NCBI GenBank assembly: GCA_044226015.1
Contig: JBGAHS010000006.1
Span: 480,001 to 544,000, forward strand
DNA from: Candidatus Obscuribacteraceae bacterium
GTDB lineage: Bacteria; Cyanobacteriota; Vampirovibrionia; Obscuribacterales; Obscuribacteraceae
Direction: 5' to 3'
Length of the DNA: 64,000 nt
Shown here: one piece after another, positions 10,801-23,987 of the stretch
How positions within the stretch are numbered: the stretch's first letter is position 1
Layout: every line of letters begins with the position of its first letter
Made by a program: the position numbers and the translations under genes
Notes under the pieces: model-generated
Told to the model about the DNA's origin: nothing
What the model saw: only the letters and a program-made list of their open reading frames with translations
Databases searched by the model: none

Positions 10801-12329
10801 CTAGTTACCTGGACTCTGACTCTCAATCTCATGGTCAAAATGGAAGAGTACTGCCACGCTTTCGCCAGACTCAGGCGGCAGATGCTGAAACGGAGCCGCA
10901 GCTTTGATGGCAGCAATGCTTGATTGATTTCTAGCATCGGATGCAGATGCTCGCACCAGCGTGATACTGTCTACGGTGCCATCCCTATGTAACTTAAAAG
11001 ACACCGTGACATGGTCCTCTTGAAGGTCTGAAGGTGGGTGCCAGTTGTGGCGAATCTTCCTGCGCAGTTGCCTCATATAATCAGCCAAATCGACGGAGTT
11101 CTCTCTGTCATTAAATGTGTACTCTATTTCCCCAATTCCTGCAGGGCAGTCAGGGAAAGGGGCTACCCGCCGCACCACATTCAGTGCCTGTTCATCAATA
11201 GTTGTATCCCCTGACGAAGTCTTGATTCTCAACTCAGAAATGTCGCCATGTTTACTGAGCGTAAAAGCAACAGTCGGAAACTTCGCAATGGCGATATGGC
11301 TCAGCTGCCATTCCCTGGCGAGCTGTCTTTTGGCGTTATCGACATAGTCCGCGACATAGAATTCATTCGACTTGGTCCCGAAGCTAGACGCCTCATCTTT
11401 GACAGAAGTCTGCTTGCTGTCAGGATTCACCAAATTCAGAGCATGCTGCTCTACCGGAATAGTAGAGTATTGCTGGCTTGGGAATTCACCTTGCGATGCA
11501 GTAGGGGATTGTGTTGAAGTGGACGAAGACGACGCAGCAACATTAATATCGCTAGAGCCGGGCAACTCCGATTTTAATTTCCCCAATAATATAGAAATTG
11601 ATGTGCACGTATCGAGTGGTGCATTTGCATTTCCGTTTTCTATTAGGTCTGCACACTTTTGATACGAGTCGAGCGCTTCAGCTTTGTTACCGATGAGGTA
11701 GGCAGAGCTTCCAAGGCTCAAGAGATTATTGAATTTCGGAGTGATTCCAACAAGGTCACGAGAAATGGAATAAATCAACTTTCTATTTGCATCATTTGTT
11801 GGATCCAAAAATAGCGCGCGACGAGCTTCGACCCAAGCATTTAATAACCTCTGCATTCCTTTGGTTCCACGCCCACTCTCCTTTGCTTTCATTGCATACT
11901 CGTAAAGGATGCTGGCAAGCATCTGGTGGCATTTTGCAGCGTCGGGCTGATCAGACGACCGCCATTTGCTCAATTCCACTGCTATTCGCAGTTCTCTAAA
12001 ACCCTCTACTACCTGGCGCTGCTCCAGAAATTTTTGCCCAGTAATAGCATGCTCTTGGCTGTAAACTGCCGAGCCCCTAAATTGACTCAAATCAAGATCA
12101 GAGAGTCCGGCTACTCCTTCGAGCACCACTGGTACATCGACATCAGAAGGAAAGGGCGGTAAATCGCGAGGAACCGGTACAGGCGAGACAGTAATGGGTC
12201 TAATTGTAAGATCACTAGCATCAGGTTCAGTCACTTGCTGGGGCTGACTTAGCGCAAATGATGACATTGAAATAGAACTCGCAATTGCCAAAACAAGGGC
12301 AAAGGACCGACGGTTCTTTTTGATTTGCA

Positions 12330-12330
<1 letters not shown>
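10801..12330 (-). CDS. Secreted protein with TPR-like region and two tandem TonB C-terminal domains
   Basis: Signal peptide; two copies of Y......I...W...V.F.L...G.......SS....D..A..A....APF. Confidence 0.8.
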
Positions 12331-14947
<2,617 letters not shown>

Positions 14948-15465
14948 AACATAATTCCATCTGGTTTAAGTATTTTACCCAGCTTTAGAATTAAACCCTC
15001 CAACTTGAGAACCGTATCAAGTAGGAGTTTTGCGGGAACGAACCAGTGCATCAGCACTATATCCGGTATCACTATTTTCTCGCGCTAGAAAAGTGTACCA
15101 ATTAACCGCTGTTGATCTCTCAAATGGCTCGATTTCTGTTAGCGAACTCGATTCCTATTGCCAAAATGGAATATCTGGTTCATTCGACGGACCCCGTGAC
15201 CTCCCCTCAGAAATTCGCGTCTATTGGACAGAATCTAATCGACTGCATGGAAACATTCCTGCGGCATAAATTCTTGTCTTCCACCCTCTTGAAATCAATA
15301 AAGCATATAAACAACGCGTAGCCAATGGAAATTCAAGATTGCAGGAATGTCAGAGTTCAAGAAAACAAAGCGAAAAAGGGATCAAATTCTCCGCAATACG
15401 GATAAAATACTAGTTTGCGTTTCTTCCACGCGCCACATTCGTCCGAGACATCTCGGTGGACAATC

Positions 15466-16596
15466 GTGATCAAATTCGTTCATACCGCTGACTGGCAGAT
15501 TGGCAAACCGTTCGGTAACATCGACGGCGACCAGGCGGCTTTTCTGCGAAAACAGCGAATTGAGACTGTAGGCAAAATTGGTGCAATCGCCGAGCAAGAA
15601 AAGGCTGACTTTATTCTCGTTGCTGGAGATGTTTTCGATAGCAATTTGCCTGAATCCAAAAGCGTTCTGCAAACCTTCAAAGTGATGGCTGAGTCATTTG
15701 GCGGGAAATGGTTTTTGCTTCCCGGAAACCATGATGCAGCTGAAACACAAAGTGTATGGACACGCATCAAGAAAGATTTTTCCTCAGATAATATTTCTAT
15801 ATTGGACGAACCTAAAGCTAGAAGAATTCCTGAACTCGGAACCGTCATTTTGCCAGCTCCGTTAAAGCGCCGGCATGAATCAAGCGACTTGACCGAATGG
15901 TGGGACAGTTATGAATCAAGCCATGATGACATTCGCATAGGACTTGCTCATGGTTCGCTTGACGCACTTTCTCAATATCGGGGCGAAGCACCAAATACGA
16001 TAGCACTCTCACGAATTCAGTCAGCCAAAATAGATTACCTGGCGCTGGGTGACTGGCACGGCACGATAAGTGCCTCAAAGCGTGCATACTATTCCGGCAC
16101 TCCCGAGCCAGATAGATTCAAGGCAAATGAATCTGGCAATATAATCATTGCAGAAATAGAAGCTCCAGGAAAAGAGCCTGTTGTTCAGATTAGAAGCACT
16201 AAGCACTACCTCTGGCAATTGTTGGACAATTCGATTTTCAGGGCAGCAGATATTCTCTCCATTCGACAGCAACTGCAAGAGCTAAATCATCCGTTGGATA
16301 GAATTGCACTCCGCATGAGCCTGAAAGGCTCATTGAGTTTTGAAGAACGAGCCTTGCTAGATAAAGAAATAGAGCAACTGAACTCCGAGCTGTTTTATGT
16401 GGAGTCAGATCTGAGCGGATTGCTTGCAGAGCCTAGCAATGAGGATCTTGACGAAATTGAGCAATCGGGATTCGTGCGCACCGCCGTAGACAAACTCATG
16501 GCAATGATGCGAGACACAAACAACCCAGACGCAGAAAAAGCTAGACTTGCATTACACATTCTCTACGTTGAGAACAAGGAAATCAGCCAATGTTGA
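15466..16596 (+). CDS. Mre11/SbcD-like DNA repair exonuclease (metallophosphoesterase)
   Basis: HTADWQIG, AGDVFD, PGNHD, AHGS, LGDWH, YSGTPE motifs; GTG start at 15466. Confidence 0.92.
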   Translation: MIKFVHTADWQIGKPFGNIDGDQAAFLRKQRIETVGKIGAIAEQEKADFILVAGDVFDSNLPESKSVLQTFKVMAESFGGKWFLLPGNHDAAETQSVWTRIKKDFSSDNISILDEPKARRIPELGTVILPAPLKRRHESSDLTEWWDSYESSHDDIRIGLAHGSLDALSQYRGEAPNTIALSRIQSAKIDYLALGDWHGTISASKRAYYSGTPEPDRFKANESGNIIIAEIEAPGKEPVVQIRSTKHYLWQLLDNSIFRAADILSIRQQLQELNHPLDRIALRMSLKGSLSFEERALLDKEIEQLNSELFYVESDLSGLLAEPSNEDLDEIEQSGFVRTAVDKLMAMMRDTNNPDAEKARLALHILYVENKEISQC

Positions 16597-19253
16597 TACG
16601 TAGAATAGAGATTCGCAATTTCAAAAAGCTCTTAGGACCACTAATTTTTGATGGTCTGAAAGAAGGACTGAACATAATTGCTGGAGACAACGAAGAGGGT
16701 AAGTCGACGCTTTTGCAGGCAATTAAAGCCGGCATTTTTCAAAAGCACAACTCCAAAGGTCAGAATATAAATGACTTCAAGCCATTCAGAAGAGCCGTGC
16801 GTCCGGAAGTCACTATTGAACTGGAGTACAAGCAAAAACAATATTCCATTCGCAAAGGATTTTGCCTCAAGGCAAACGCAGAATTCAGATCTCCTGAAGG
16901 AATTGTCGAAGGATCTGAAGCTGAAGAAAAAATCCGAGAACTGTTTGGACTTCATTTAACAGACAAAGGAAAAAAATCAGAGCAAGACCATGGTATTTGG
17001 GGACTTCTCTGGCTTGAGCAGGGACTTGCCGGAACGGGGCTAAACACTACCGATGGTGGCAAAGAAACATTGATGAGAGCACTTGAAAGTGATCTCAGTC
17101 ATATAACAGGCGGTCAAAAGGGCAGAATTCTTCAAAAACGCATCGAAAAGTTATATCAGAACTTTTACACTCCGAAGAGCAAAACAGAAAAGGGCGAACT
17201 CACCAAGGCTGTCGACCACCTTGAACTTAAGCAAGCAGAGCTAGACCAGCACAAAGCTACCTATGCGGAGTACGACAAGAAGCTTTTAAAGTTACAAGAT
17301 GTTCTTGACCAGCTTCAGCAATTGGAAAAGAATAAGACACTTGAAACGACACAGAAAGAGTATGAGAACTTAGGGCTGCAGCGATCACAAGCTGAAAAAT
17401 TGAAGCTTGAACTCAATGCAGCGATTGCCGAAAATTCCTCAGCTAGCATGGAGCTTGAGAGGCTGGAAAAGGAAATCGACAATCGAAACAAACTGATTCA
17501 ACGGCGCTCAGATACTGCAACAAAAATCGCAACTCTCTCCGACGAATTGGCAATTCAGAAAACTCAGGACAAGGAATTATCTGCAAAAACAGATGAGTTA
17601 GACATCGCGATAAAAGCTCTGCAAGAAGAAAAACAAAAGTTAGATCTACTCTGCAAAACAGCAGAAAGAGTAAACGAATGCACAAGCCTGGAACAGCAGA
17701 AGGAAGAACTTGCGACAAGAATAGCTTACCTGACAGACTTGGCTAAACAATACAATGACGCCAATAAGCTAGGAAAGGAAATTGCCGTTGATGCCACTGC
17801 ATTGGAAAAGCTAAAGACGCTAAGCAACACGCTTGTGAAGGCAGAAGCACATGCTGCAGCCATTGCTACAAAAGTAAAACTAATGCCCCAAGCCGGTGCC
17901 GAAGCCTCAATCGCAGACAAAAAGTTCGGAAAGGAAGATCTGATTCTCACCGAAGAAACAAGCATCAGACTAGAAAACTGGGGCGAAATAACAGTCATTC
18001 CTGGTGGCAAAGAAACTGCGGAAATCAATAAATTACTTTTGAATGCCAGACAGTCTTTAGAAGCCGAATTAAAATCCCTCGGTGTCAGCAGTTTTTCTGA
18101 AGCTGAACAACAATCGAACAAGAAACGTGAGCTTGAATTGAAGAAGAGCTCAATCATGAGCACACTACAGCAATATGGTGGGCGAAATGCTATTGAACTT
18201 CAGAAAGAGAAGTTAAAAGAAATCGAGAACAAGATTGAGACGCTTAAGCAAGAACTTAATAACGCACCTATACTTGAATCAGGAAGTTCATTGCTTGACC
18301 TCAAAGTAGAGTTCGATAATGTAAATAAGACTCTCCAGAGTAGCCTCAAGTCCTTCGATAAGCTTAGGGAGGACTGCGTCAATTCAACCAAGTTATGCAC
18401 AAAGAAGGAAGCCGAACTTAATTCCGCACAAGACATGCTGCGGGAGCTTGAACAAAGGCTCACAGAGTTCAATCAAGAAACTGAAATTATCATGCAGCAG
18501 CGACTAAAAGACTCAAAGATGAAGGCACTTGAGCTACACACTAAGGTGCAACAAAAGCGGGACGATTTCAGCAAACTCGACGAAGAAAACCTCAAGGAAA
18601 AGGAAGAGCAACTGAAGCGTTCTCTCAAGACGCTTGAGTTAAATATTCAAAATCTAAGAGAGACAAAAATCAAATTATCAGCGGAAATTGACGCGCATGG
18701 TCACAGTGGACTTGGCGAACAAGTTCAACGGCTTGAAGGCGAAGTTGAAGTAGCCAATCAGCGATTGAGCCAGCTAAGGTTGCGTGCACAGGCGCTAAAA
18801 CTGCTACACGAGACTCTTTTGGAAGCGGAGTCAGAAAGCCGATCAAAGATTTTGCAGCCTGTAATAAATATGATGCGTCCGCACATGCAGCAAATCTTCC
18901 CTTCAAGTGAATTGAGTCTGGACGAAGGAAACTTCGAGATTGCCCATCTGGTTCGAGATGGAGTGGAGGAAGACTTTCGCTCACTTAGCCTTGGCACAAG
19001 AGAGCAGCTGTCCATCTTAACGAGAATAGCCATGGCAAAGCTCATGAAGGAACAGGGACAAGCTGCACTTCTGTTGCTTGACGATGTCCTGGTTTATTCA
19101 GATGATAAGCGATTTTCGCTGATGAAGCAGATTATTCAGGAGTCAGCAAAAGACCTTCAGATAATTATCTTGACCTGCAGGCTCCGCGATTACGAAGACA
19201 TGGTCGAAGCTAACGTCATCCGCTTTCCCAGAGCACAAGTAGCCTCTCTCTAA
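16590..19253 (+). CDS. Rad50/SbcC-like SMC-family ATPase
   Basis: Walker A GDNEEGKST, long coiled coil, signature LSLGTREQ, Walker B LLLDD; overlaps the nuclease gene by 7 bp. Confidence 0.92.
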   Translation: MLIRRIEIRNFKKLLGPLIFDGLKEGLNIIAGDNEEGKSTLLQAIKAGIFQKHNSKGQNINDFKPFRRAVRPEVTIELEYKQKQYSIRKGFCLKANAEFRSPEGIVEGSEAEEKIRELFGLHLTDKGKKSEQDHGIWGLLWLEQGLAGTGLNTTDGGKETLMRALESDLSHITGGQKGRILQKRIEKLYQNFYTPKSKTEKGELTKAVDHLELKQAELDQHKATYAEYDKKLLKLQDVLDQLQQLEKNKTLETTQKEYENLGLQRSQAEKLKLELNAAIAENSSASMELERLEKEIDNRNKLIQRRSDTATKIATLSDELAIQKTQDKELSAKTDELDIAIKALQEEKQKLDLLCKTAERVNECTSLEQQKEELATRIAYLTDLAKQYNDANKLGKEIAVDATALEKLKTLSNTLVKAEAHAAAIATKVKLMPQAGAEASIADKKFGKEDLILTEETSIRLENWGEITVIPGGKETAEINKLLLNARQSLEAELKSLGVSSFSEAEQQSNKKRELELKKSSIMSTLQQYGGRNAIELQKEKLKEIENKIETLKQELNNAPILESGSSLLDLKVEFDNVNKTLQSSLKSFDKLREDCVNSTKLCTKKEAELNSAQDMLRELEQRLTEFNQETEIIMQQRLKDSKMKALELHTKVQQKRDDFSKLDEENLKEKEEQLKRSLKTLELNIQNLRETKIKLSAEIDAHGHSGLGEQVQRLEGEVEVANQRLSQLRLRAQALKLLHETLLEAESESRSKILQPVINMMRPHMQQIFPSSELSLDEGNFEIAHLVRDGVEEDFRSLSLGTREQLSILTRIAMAKLMKEQGQAALLLLDDVLVYSDDKRFSLMKQIIQESAKDLQIIILTCRLRDYEDMVEANVIRFPRAQVASL

Positions 19254-19478
19254 GCACAGTCCTGGGCTGGCTCTTGCTTTCAAGGCAGCGTAGCCTCACA
19301 ACAGCACTTGGGACCACGTCACTAACAACGGCGGATTTCAAGTTGCAGCCGTCTGTTTCATGCTTATACACAGTTCAGCCCTGAGCAAAATATTTCGAGT
19401 TCCCCTTGTGAGATACTACAAGTTGCCCTGCCCATGGACGAGCAGAGCGCGCCGCTGTCAAGATATAGGTATTTTCCG

Positions 19479-21848
19479 ATGAACAAATGGCTACCTTTCC
19501 TTCTAGTTGCAATTCAAGCTAGCACCGCACCATATTCGGTGCTTGCTTCAGATCACAAAAAGGAGCCAAAGAGCGAAAAGAAAAGCAAGGCAGCCAAGGT
19601 AAAGAGTTCGAGCGAGAACAAATCAACATCGTCAGCTAGCGATACAGACAAAGCGATGAATGATTACATCGACAAGCTAATGAAAAAGATGACGCTCGAA
19701 GAAAAAATTGGTCAAATGAACCTACCTTCAATCGGGTTTGACGTCACAGGTCCAGTAGTGAGCGAGGGCGTTGAAGAGAAGATCGCAAAAGGTTTAGTCG
19801 GAGGAGTGTTCAACACCTACACTCCAAAAGCAGTTCGTAAATTACAAGAAATGGCGGTAAATCAATCGCGATTGAAGATTCCTCTGATTTTCGGCTATGA
19901 CGTTATACACGGACACAGAACAGTATTTCCAATTCCACTCGGTTTGTCTGCATCTTGGAACATGGATCTCGTAAAAAGAACGGCTCAAGCGGCTGCACTT
20001 GAAGCAAGCGCAGATGGTTTGAACTGGACATTCTCCCCAATGGTCGATATAGCTAGAGACCCGCGTTGGGGACGTGTAAGCGAAGGCGCTGGAGAAGACC
20101 CATATTTGGGCGGACAGGTCGCTAAGGCGATGGTTGACGGGTACCAGGGAAATGGTTACAAGAACGCTGACAGAGTCATGTCCTGTGTCAAACACTTCGC
20201 CCTTTATGGAGGTGCAGAAGCGGGACGAGACTATAACACAGTAGACATGAGCCGCATCAAGATGTACAACGAGTACCTGCCACCATATAAGGCTGCAGTT
20301 GATGCTGGTGCTGCCTCTGTAATGAGTTCGTTCAATGAAGTTGAAGGAATGCCTTCAAGCGGAAACAAATGGCTCATGACTGACCTTTTGAGGAAAGAAT
20401 GGGGCTTCAAAGGCTTCATCTGCACCGATTACACCGCCATCAATGAGATGATTGCACACGGCGTTGGCGATGAAGCAAAGGTAGCTGAGCTTGCCTTCAA
20501 TGCCGGCATAGACATGGACATGGTTGGCGAACTCTTCATTAAGTATGGTACAGAGCTCGTAAAATCTGGTCGAGTAAAGGAATCTCAAATTGATGCAGCT
20601 TGTCACAGAGTATTGGAAGCAAAATACAAACTTGGACTTTTCGAAGATCCTTACCGTTACCTGAATGAAACAAGAGCAAAAGAACAACTGCAGAGCGCCG
20701 ATAAAATCGCCCTGAGTACAGAAGCTGCTGAGAAAAGCATGGTTCTTCTGAAAAACACTAATAATTTGCTTCCGCTATCAACAGACAAGAAGATTGCATT
20801 CATAGGTCCTCTAGTCAAAGACCATAGACATTTAATAGGAAGCTGGAGCGGTGCGGGCTCTTGGGATAATACCGTAAGCCTGTGGGATGCCCTCGAAAAG
20901 AAATTTGGATCAGACAAATTTGCCTATGCAAAAGGCTGCAACATTATCGACGATGAAGCTTTGATCAAAAGGCTGAATAAAGATGGTGGCATGCTTGAAT
21001 TAGATAAGAAAAGTCCAACGGAGTTAATTGCTGAAGCTGTCGAGACTGCTAACAAATCAGACGTTGTTGTCGCGGTTTTAGGTGAACCATTTTGTGTAAG
21101 CGGTGAGGCATCGAGCCGAAGCACCATCGGATTATTCGATAATCAGGTGGAATTGCTCAAAGCACTGAAGAAGACCGGAAAGCCGATTGTTCTGGTCGTC
21201 GAAAACGGTCGTCCATTGACCCTATCATGGGAAGACGAAAACATGGACGCTATTCTCGAGGCGTGGCACGGCGGCACCACTGCTGGTGCAGCGATGGAAA
21301 AGGTTCTATTCGGTGAAGTGAACCCATCTGGGCGCCTGAGTATGACGTTTCCCAGAAGCCTGGGACAAGTGCCAATCTACTACAATCACAAAAATACTGG
21401 ACGTCCTTATGACGCCAACGAGAAGTACAGGTCCAAGTATCTCGATATCTCGAACGATCCACTCTACCCATTCGGTTATGGATTGAGTTACACAAGCTTT
21501 GATTACAGTGAACCGAAGCTCAGTAGCAACAAAATAAAAGCCAGCGAAGAATTGTCTGTCAGCAGCACAGTCACCAACAAAGGCAAAGTTGCCGGTGTAG
21601 AAACTGTTCAGCTTTATATCAGAGATATGATCGGAAGCAGCACTAGACCCGTCAAAGAGCTGAAGAAGTTTGAGCAAATCGAGTTAAAGCCAGGCGAATC
21701 AAAAACCGTGACCTTCAAACTAAGTAAAGATGATTTGAGCTTTTACAATGCTGATCTCAAATTTGTAGTGGAGCCCGGTGAATTCAAAGTTTACGTAGGT
21801 CCAAACAGCCGCGATGCGAAAGAAACCAGTTTTGAACTAGTTGATTAA
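19479..21848 (+). CDS. bglX: Periplasmic beta-glucosidase, glycoside hydrolase family 3
   Basis: MTLEEKIGQ, DVIHG, RDPRWGR, KHF, TDY nucleophile, YPFGYGLSY, Fn3-like C-terminus; signal peptide. Confidence 0.95.
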   Translation: MNKWLPFLLVAIQASTAPYSVLASDHKKEPKSEKKSKAAKVKSSSENKSTSSASDTDKAMNDYIDKLMKKMTLEEKIGQMNLPSIGFDVTGPVVSEGVEEKIAKGLVGGVFNTYTPKAVRKLQEMAVNQSRLKIPLIFGYDVIHGHRTVFPIPLGLSASWNMDLVKRTAQAAALEASADGLNWTFSPMVDIARDPRWGRVSEGAGEDPYLGGQVAKAMVDGYQGNGYKNADRVMSCVKHFALYGGAEAGRDYNTVDMSRIKMYNEYLPPYKAAVDAGAASVMSSFNEVEGMPSSGNKWLMTDLLRKEWGFKGFICTDYTAINEMIAHGVGDEAKVAELAFNAGIDMDMVGELFIKYGTELVKSGRVKESQIDAACHRVLEAKYKLGLFEDPYRYLNETRAKEQLQSADKIALSTEAAEKSMVLLKNTNNLLPLSTDKKIAFIGPLVKDHRHLIGSWSGAGSWDNTVSLWDALEKKFGSDKFAYAKGCNIIDDEALIKRLNKDGGMLELDKKSPTELIAEAVETANKSDVVVAVLGEPFCVSGEASSRSTIGLFDNQVELLKALKKTGKPIVLVVENGRPLTLSWEDENMDAILEAWHGGTTAGAAMEKVLFGEVNPSGRLSMTFPRSLGQVPIYYNHKNTGRPYDANEKYRSKYLDISNDPLYPFGYGLSYTSFDYSEPKLSSNKIKASEELSVSSTVTNKGKVAGVETVQLYIRDMIGSSTRPVKELKKFEQIELKPGESKTVTFKLSKDDLSFYNADLKFVVEPGEFKVYVGPNSRDAKETSFELVD

Positions 21849-21898
21849 TTTGCTCGAACCGATCAAATCAAGCGACTAAATAGTACAGGGACTCTGTA

Positions 21899-22117
21899 CT
21901 GGATTAGCCTTGCTGGTCCAGGTATCCGTCTTGTCCTTCTGGAATCCGCTTAATTCTTCCGAGATCCGCCTTGTTCTTTTATGGGATCCACCTTGCATTT
22001 CTGGGATTCACCTTGTTCTGATGGGATCCACCTTGTTGTCCTGGATCCGTCTTGCTTGTTCTGGATTCATCTTGCTGCTAATGGTATCCGTTTTGTTCTT
22101 CAAGGATCCGCCTTCCA
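21899..22117. repeat. Non-coding tandem array of 11 imperfect ~20-bp units, core GGATCCRYCTTG plus ~7-8 variable nt
   Basis: Units start near 21901, 21921, 21941, 21961, 21983, 22003, 22023, 22042, 22062, 22083 and 22103; period is not a multiple of 3. Confidence 0.9.
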
Positions 22118-22140
22118 TTGGCCGGGTAATATTTTGCGCC

Positions 22141-22169
22141 TTGAAAGTGCTCCGACATCGAGATAAAAT
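22141..22169 (+). promoter_or_regulatory. Sigma70-type promoter of the methyltransferase, probably giving a leaderless mRNA
   Basis: TTGAAA (22141-46), 17-nt spacer, TAAAAT (22164-69); ATG starts 7 nt after the -10; no Shine-Dalgarno. Confidence 0.65.
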
Positions 22170-22175
22170 CCTGGC

Positions 22176-23024
22176 ATGCCAAATGCCCTTCTTCCTACTG
22201 AGAATGCACCTGCACGCGAGTTCAAATCTCCACTGCGATATCCAGGTGGCAAGCAAAAAGCTATAGATCTCATATCGTCTAAATTTCCGCAGAAAGTGGG
22301 CGAATATCGTGAACCGATGGTAGGCGGTGGAAGCGTCTATTTTCGCGCCCGGTCAATGCGGTTAGCACGAACCTATTGGATCAACGACCTGTTTGAAGAG
22401 TTGGTCTCTTTTTGGAAAATCTGCCAGAATCCTCAGCTCTGTGATCAGCTCACAAACGAACTGGAAATACTAAGACAATCGTTCGCATCTGCAGATGAAA
22501 TCAAAGAGTACTTTCTGGCTGCACGCAAAGAGAAATGCGATAACGAATTTAGAATCGCGGAACTCTTCTTCTTCTTCAATCGCGTTACGTTCAGCGGCAC
22601 GACGAGAGCAGGCGGCTTTTCGAGTGCAGCGAGCATTAAAAGATTTACTGCGTCGTCCATCCAGAGACTTCAATCTCTGCCCTCAGCCCTCGAAGATACG
22701 AGAATTAGCCAACTTGATTTTGAAGAGCTGATTTCAGCACCAGGTAAAGACGTATTTTTATTTTTGGACCCGCCTTATTACACAGCAACCCGCTTATATG
22801 GAAAAAACGGTAGCTTGCATAACTTTGATCATGAAAGGCTTTCAGCGGCTCTTCGAAAAACGAGACACAGATTTTTGATTACCTACGATGACTGCGCGGA
22901 GCTCAGGAAACTTTATTCGTGGGCAAAGATAGAGGAATGGCAACTGCAATACGGAATGAATAATTGCAATTCTGAACGCAGCAGCAAAATAGGCGCCGAA
23001 TTGTTCATCTCCAATTATAGCTAA
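22176..23024 (+). CDS. Orphan Dam-family (D12 class) N6-adenine DNA methyltransferase
   Basis: SPLRYPGGK, EPMVGGGSV SAM-binding motif, IND, FFFNR..FSG, catalytic FLDPPYY, ELFISNY; no adjacent endonuclease. Confidence 0.93.
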   Translation: MPNALLPTENAPAREFKSPLRYPGGKQKAIDLISSKFPQKVGEYREPMVGGGSVYFRARSMRLARTYWINDLFEELVSFWKICQNPQLCDQLTNELEILRQSFASADEIKEYFLAARKEKCDNEFRIAELFFFFNRVTFSGTTRAGGFSSAASIKRFTASSIQRLQSLPSALEDTRISQLDFEELISAPGKDVFLFLDPPYYTATRLYGKNGSLHNFDHERLSAALRKTRHRFLITYDDCAELRKLYSWAKIEEWQLQYGMNNCNSERSSKIGAELFISNYS

Positions 23025-23303
23025 TCCTAATCAGTTAATCGGTTAGCGAACAGCAGCTGAAAAAATTTCCTATATTGTGACTGTGCATCTCCAATACTCG
23101 TCATCGCATAATTCCATGCGCTGTCTCCCAGTCATAAACTCCGACCGCAACTCACACAGAAATTAGATTCGCGAAGTTATCAGCCGCAGAAACGGCAACA
23201 TTAGCCCCGCTCGGTCGTCAACAGTTCCATATCAGTCATGATTTGCCGTTTGCACACGTCAAAGCGGGTGTTCGAGCGCTCTAGCTTGCGAGGGAATTTC
23301 AGA

Positions 23304-23987
23304 ATGAAGAAAGCAGTTCTGATTTGCTTGCTCAGTTCAATTTCGGCGCCTTGCAATTTTACAATGCCAGTCTATGCACAAACTCTGACCAGCGAAGCCA
23401 TCGCAGAGAATGCATATAAGGTAGCGCAACAAATGAACAGAACAGGAAGGTGCTACGAAGGTGTTTGCCGAGCTATGCGTCCACTGGGGGTAGAACTTTG
23501 GGGCGAAGCAGCATTCGAAGCGGACGGGCTTCTCTCAAAAGACAGCCGTTTTGTTCCTTTAATAGTCACAGATACGGCTCAACTAAGACGCGGTGACATA
23601 ATTGTCTACAGGAAATCGCCCCAGCATCCCTATGGTCACATCTCCGTGTATGAGGGGAATCTTGTCGAGGCGAGCGACCATATTTCGCCAGTGACACATA
23701 CTAAGAATTATGGTGGAGCTACTGTTTTTCGATTAAATCAAGAATTTCAGAATCAAAATTTGGCGAACAGCGAATACCAGCCCTACGCGCAATCTTCATT
23801 GCAAAACGGAGGCTTTCGCCCCCTCGCGAATACGCAGCAAATCCAACAGAACATGTTGCCCCCAGAGGCACCCGATTTCAGAGACAAAAAGGGTTTCACG
23901 AGCAAAACCACTTTCCCCTCAAGCAAAGTCATCAAAGGTATGGAGAGACATTTATTTAAAAGGCTCATTAGATACATACTTCAATAA
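23304..23987 (+). CDS. Secreted CHAP/NlpC-P60-like cysteine-histidine hydrolase, putative peptidoglycan amidase
   Basis: Signal peptide; GRCYEGV (Cys) and GDIIVY...HPYGHISVY (His) pattern. Confidence 0.6.
   Translation: MKKAVLICLLSSISAPCNFTMPVYAQTLTSEAIAENAYKVAQQMNRTGRCYEGVCRAMRPLGVELWGEAAFEADGLLSKDSRFVPLIVTDTAQLRRGDIIVYRKSPQHPYGHISVYEGNLVEASDHISPVTHTKNYGGATVFRLNQEFQNQNLANSEYQPYAQSSLQNGGFRPLANTQQIQQNMLPPEAPDFRDKKGFTSKTTFPSSKVIKGMERHLFKRLIRYILQ

Noticed and set aside
15030..15321. Short ORFs upstream of the Mre11-like gene
   Set aside because: No motifs and weak starts; possibly a remnant but unsupported.
21899..22117. CRISPR array interpretation of the 20-bp repeat
   Set aside because: Spacers are only ~7-8 nt, repeats are ~12 nt and degenerate, and there are no cas genes in the window.
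21910..22266. ORFs across the repeat array (21910-22266 +, 21981-22166 +, 22008-22256 -)
   Set aside because: The ~20-bp period is not codon-phased, translations show no coherent repeat protein, and two overlap the methylase.
22176..23987. Type II restriction-modification pair
   Set aside because: The downstream gene is a secreted Cys-His hydrolase-like protein, not an endonuclease.
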